This document shows positions 56,008 through 64,000 of a stretch of 64,000 bases of DNA, one piece after another; the stretch's first letter is position 1; each line of letters begins with the position of its first letter. Origin of the DNA: the human T2T-CHM13v2.0 reference genome, Homo sapiens; the NCBI RefSeq assembly GCF_009914755.1, contig NC_060947.1. One strand, given 5' to 3'. Made by a program: the position numbers and the translations under genes. A model generated the notes under the pieces. The model was not told where the DNA came from. It saw nothing but the letters and a program-made list of their open reading frames with translations, and made no database searches.

Positions 56008-57617
56008 TTACTCTAAACATGCTAAGTGAATATTAATAAATAAACAAAATCACAGACAAATCTGCATAGGCAAAAAGACAATCTGTTTCCTGATTTGCAT
56101 GCTCACTTCCTTCTCTGGCTTTTGAACAAAAACAGCGTAGGTGGTGGCGGGGGTGGGGGGAGCACTAGAATAAGGAGAGGAGATAGAAGATTCAGAACTG
56201 GCAGAAAAGACAACATATGTTAGATAAACATATAAAACAACATATCCTTAAAACCAATCAAGTAGAAAGATACCTCCTACTTAGACTTTAGTTCAGAGAA
56301 ATCCCTTCTACTGGTACATAGGAATAACTGAAGAATATTTGGAGGAAAAAAAAAACAACAGCCAAAAAAGCTGATACATCCTATTCATGCACTCTCCCTG
56401 CTCAAATGGAGACTCCTTCCTCGTTCTATGCAACATTTTGTGTCATAGAATTAGCCAAGAAAGGGGATTTGGAAGTTGCACTCAACTTCCTATCTGAGAT
56501 GACATGAAGGTCAAGGACGTTCAAGTGACTTACTTGGCACATAGATCCTTCAAGGTGAAGCCAGAATCCCCATTATACTAGCTCGGGGCACAGGGTAGGG
56601 TTTAAGCTGTGCCACAGGTAGGGCAGCAGGACCCACTAGGGCATGTCCCCTAACGCAAGTGACAAGGGCCAAAGGACTGAGGGAACTTCATTTCCTTGCG
56701 TGCCAGATTTTACACCCACTTCCTTCCCCATCTCTAAGCCTGGGGAAGAATACAGTGGGCTCATATCTTCCCCCCACACTCCTGGTTATACTATTTATGA
56801 GCCACGTACCTTTGGACAAGTCATTGACTTCTGAGTCTAGAAAAAATGGCAATAATACCTCCAAACTCACCAAAATGTTTTGAGAGTCAAAAGAAACTGT
56901 ATAAACTTGCTCTGAAAACTATATAAAAACATAAGATGTTGCTATTGATAGGGGTTATATATTCATAACTTGGTATCTCCTCAAACAGTCATGGAAACAT
57001 AAAGAACCAATAAAAACTGCTAAGTGTATGATTTTCAGGATTGTTTCCTATGCCAAGTATAATTTCCTACCCACATTAGCAAGTGGACTTGGGCGGGCCT
57101 GTTTCTAATCTAACAGCTCTCATTTCCTATCTGATGGCTGTCTGCCCCAAGCTCTGCCAACACATCCAAATGGCACAGGCTGAGTTTAACAAAATGAAGT
57201 TCAGCTTGAATTTATTCATCTCCAAGCTTAATGACTGGGTTCACTAATTGTCTTTCATATGTTCAGAGACTGGCGGTAGGACAATAAAACAAACCATGAC
57301 ACTCAAGAACACAATTATCAAAATATACGTTACTGCTGAACTTGCTGATTTTAGGACGTTCATCTGCCAATAAAAAACAACTGCTAGAAATAAAATGTGG
57401 GTCATCTGAATGCAGACCAACAGTGGCTCTTGCACATGCAATAAAATGTGAGTGCACTCTGTGCTGCATATGCGCCGTGAGCGCTACTCTATGCCGGGTT
57501 CATTTCTGTTTCACACAGAACAAACTTAAGTCATAAGCTAGATGTGTCTGGGTATATTTTCATTTAATTCAAGATATCCAGCTCTATCTTAGGACTAACC
57601 TATCTTTTTCAGCAATC

Positions 57618-57621
<4 letters not shown>

Positions 57622-57655
<34 letters not shown>
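57622..57655. repeat. (CA)n microsatellite
   Basis: About 17 AC units. Confidence 0.95.
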
Positions 57656-57659
<4 letters not shown>

Positions 57660-57773
57660 CTCACAGGGAAGAATTATCATATATTAGAGTCTTGCATGTT
57701 AAATTTTATGAAGTGGTATAAAATACAGACATGTCCCTATGTGTCTTGTTACATTTGAAGAGAGGAAATTTTT

Positions 57774-58030
57774 AATTAATTTATTTATTTAAGATAGTGT
57801 GTCTCGCTCTGTCACCCAGGCTGGAGTGCAGTGATTTGGGCTCACTGCAACCTCCACCTCCCAGGTTAAAGCAATTCTCCTGTCTCAGCCTCCTGAGTAA
57901 CTAGGATTACAGACACCCATCACCACGCCCAGCTAATTTTTTATATTTTTAGTAGAGACAGGGTCTCCATGTTGGCCAGGCTGGTCTCAAACTCCTGACC
58001 TCAAGTGATCTGCCCGCTTCGGCCTCCCAA
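57774..58030 (-). mobile_element. 5'-truncated AluS
   Basis: Ends at GGCCTCCCAA; TSD-like GAAGAGAGGAAATTTTT/GAAGAGGGGAAAATTTTT. Confidence 0.87.
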
Positions 58031-58051
58031 GAAGAGGGGAAAATTTTTAAA

Positions 58052-58260
58052 CTGCACTGTCCAATATGGTAGCCACAAGCCACAGTGGCTATCTAAATTT
58101 AAATCAGTTGAAATGAAATAAAATTTAAAATTCCATTCCTCATTTGCACCTGTCACACTTCAAGTGCTCAGTAGCCATGTGCGCCTAGTGCCTACCATAT
58201 ATGGTAGTGCAGATTATAGAACATTTCTACCAGCGTAGAAAGTTATATTGGATAGTACTG
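58052..58260. mobile_element. MER3 hAT DNA transposon
   Basis: CTGCACTGTCCAATATGGTAGCC...GAAAGTTATATTGGATAGTACTG. Confidence 0.8.
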
Positions 58261-58290
58261 ATCTAAAAACAAATGAATAATGATTTTTAA

Positions 58291-58636
<346 letters not shown>

Positions 58637-58932
58637 AAAAGTTTTTTTTTGTTTTTTTTTTATTATTATACTTTTAAGTTTTAGGGTACATGTGCACAAT
58701 GTGCAGGTTAGTTACATATGTATACATGTGCCATGCTGGTGCGCTGCACCCACTAACTCGTCGTCTAGCATTAGGTATATCTCCCAATGCTATCCCTCCC
58801 CCCTCCCCCTAACCCACAACAGTCCCCAGAGTGTGATGTTCCCCTTCCTGTGTCCATGTGTTCTCATTGTTCAATTTCCCACCTATGAGTGAGAATATGT
58901 GGTGTTTGGTTTTTTGTTCTTGTGATAGTTTA

Positions 58933-62534
<3,602 letters not shown>

Positions 62535-63785
62535 AACATGTGGCTCTTGACAAACGAAAGGTTTGTCATAGTGAAGTTTGCTTGTCAAGGACTTCTGGCT
62601 CCCAATAAATTCCCAACATAAGAAAACAGATATTCCAAGGTGCTAGGGAAAGGGTATAGCAATGCCTCATATAGCCCACCTTTACGCTACCCCAAGGCAG
62701 CTGTTAAACCATTTCTTCTCCATTAACAGAAAGAGGTGGTTGGAATTTAAAGATTTTAATGGCATAGTTAGGATTCCCAGCATGCATGAGTTCCTTACAA
62801 TACTTTATATTAAAATCCGTTTCCTGTGAAACAGCATGTTTTAAAAACAGATTGTCATGAACACAGTTTTCCCCAAAGCAGTATTACTACTATACTTATT
62901 TCCTTCATAAAGGGCCCCTGGAAGCCATAAAATATAAGAACAATGGAACAAAAACTTAGTCTGCTTTGAATGAGTTTTATATTTCATAGTAAACAGTAGA
63001 ATACCACCCAGGCAGGGTGGTAAAAGCACACGGTAGTCTGTAGTACTATTAATTCCATTCGTGTCTGGCACCACACCATCCACACTGCAGTGCACCGTGA
63101 TCTGGTTAAAAGCACCTTTTAACCAACGTTTATCCCACCCCAAGGGAAGGTGTACTCAAATGTGGTTCATTAACAATAATTTACCCTAAAAAATATCTCA
63201 AGGTATGGAGTTGAAGTCAAACAATCACAGGGGTGAATGGTTTTCTAAAATGTTTAAAAGAACAGTTCAAAAGAAAGCAAAATAGAATCTTTTGTTAATT
63301 TCAGTTCACTTTTGCTTGAAGTGTAACAAAGCGGGGAAAGTGGCATTTTGATAGCAGTTGAGTTTATAAAGCACCACCTCAACTGTCCCTCACAGCGGCC
63401 CTAAGGAGGAGAATCAGCAAGTTTAGGAGTAGTGACTTGGACAAAATTACTCAATAAGCAGCAGACGCAGAAGTAAAATCCATAGCATCTACCCTACTTG
63501 TCAATAGTGTCCCCACAGAAGTAAAATATTTTTGCACCACATGGTGCAAGAATGGCCCCTGGCAACATCAACCATGCAACTCAAAGTCAAAAAGCAAAGT
63601 GATTCCAAGTTTGAAACAAAGCGATTCCAAGTTTCAAGCAGTGCTGGAAACAGAATGTCGGATTTGTGCAAGGGAAAAGAGTACCTTGCTCTCCAAGTCC
63701 AAGAGAGAGCAGAGCCACGCAACGTAAGAGAAGCATGCCTGGGAGAGTGAAATGCACCCTCTGTGAACAATGGAGGGAGCCACTC

Positions 63786-63856
63786 TCACCTGCAATTCAC
63801 CTAATAATTCACCTCCGATTCGCCACCTTGTCACCTCCGATTCACCTTGTTCACCT
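63786..63856. repeat. Degenerate (T)CACCT motif array
   Basis: Seven CACCT copies in 71 bp. Confidence 0.75.
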
Positions 63857-64000
63857 AACGAGTCCGTGAACAACCATTCTAATAGGATATAGATCCCTAT
63901 TCCCCTCTCACTAAGCAGGTCAGGAATGTGTATCAAGACACAACAGGCAAAACCCTCTGGGGAGTTCAGGGAACTGCAAGCTGTTCCATATGGATTTGTG

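Noticed and set aside
58650-58800. L1 as an active or polymorphic L1HS
   Set aside because: 3' UTR has GAG at the Ta diagnostic position, and ORF2 has stops and frameshifts

Overview
Primate (human/great-ape type) genomic DNA, repeat-dense and apparently intronic or intergenic. No cellular protein-coding exon could be supported; every sizeable ORF lies in Alu, LTR or L1 sequence. The main content is: a full-length 7SL processed pseudogene (1556-1858); about 25 Alu/FLAM elements, including one with the AluYd 12-bp deletion; many solo LTRs; a ~9 kb non-autonomous MER4A provirus (37450-46410, ATCT TSD) that sits inside a MER39-type LTR and carries an LTR12C in its 5' LTR, an antisense LTR7 in its internal region and a second MER4A LTR in its 3' LTR; a MER41 LTR with two intact GAS motifs; and a young L1PA2/3 with a twin-priming inversion (58650-61700). 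I do not see a convincing new gene system. The best leads are the composite ERV promoter/splice unit, the GAS/CTCF-like LTR cluster, a 108-bp locally templated insertion, repeated reuse of identical insertion sites, and a few motif clusters in unique DNA. Repeat family names are from memory of consensus sequences and need RepeatMasker/Dfam confirmation.
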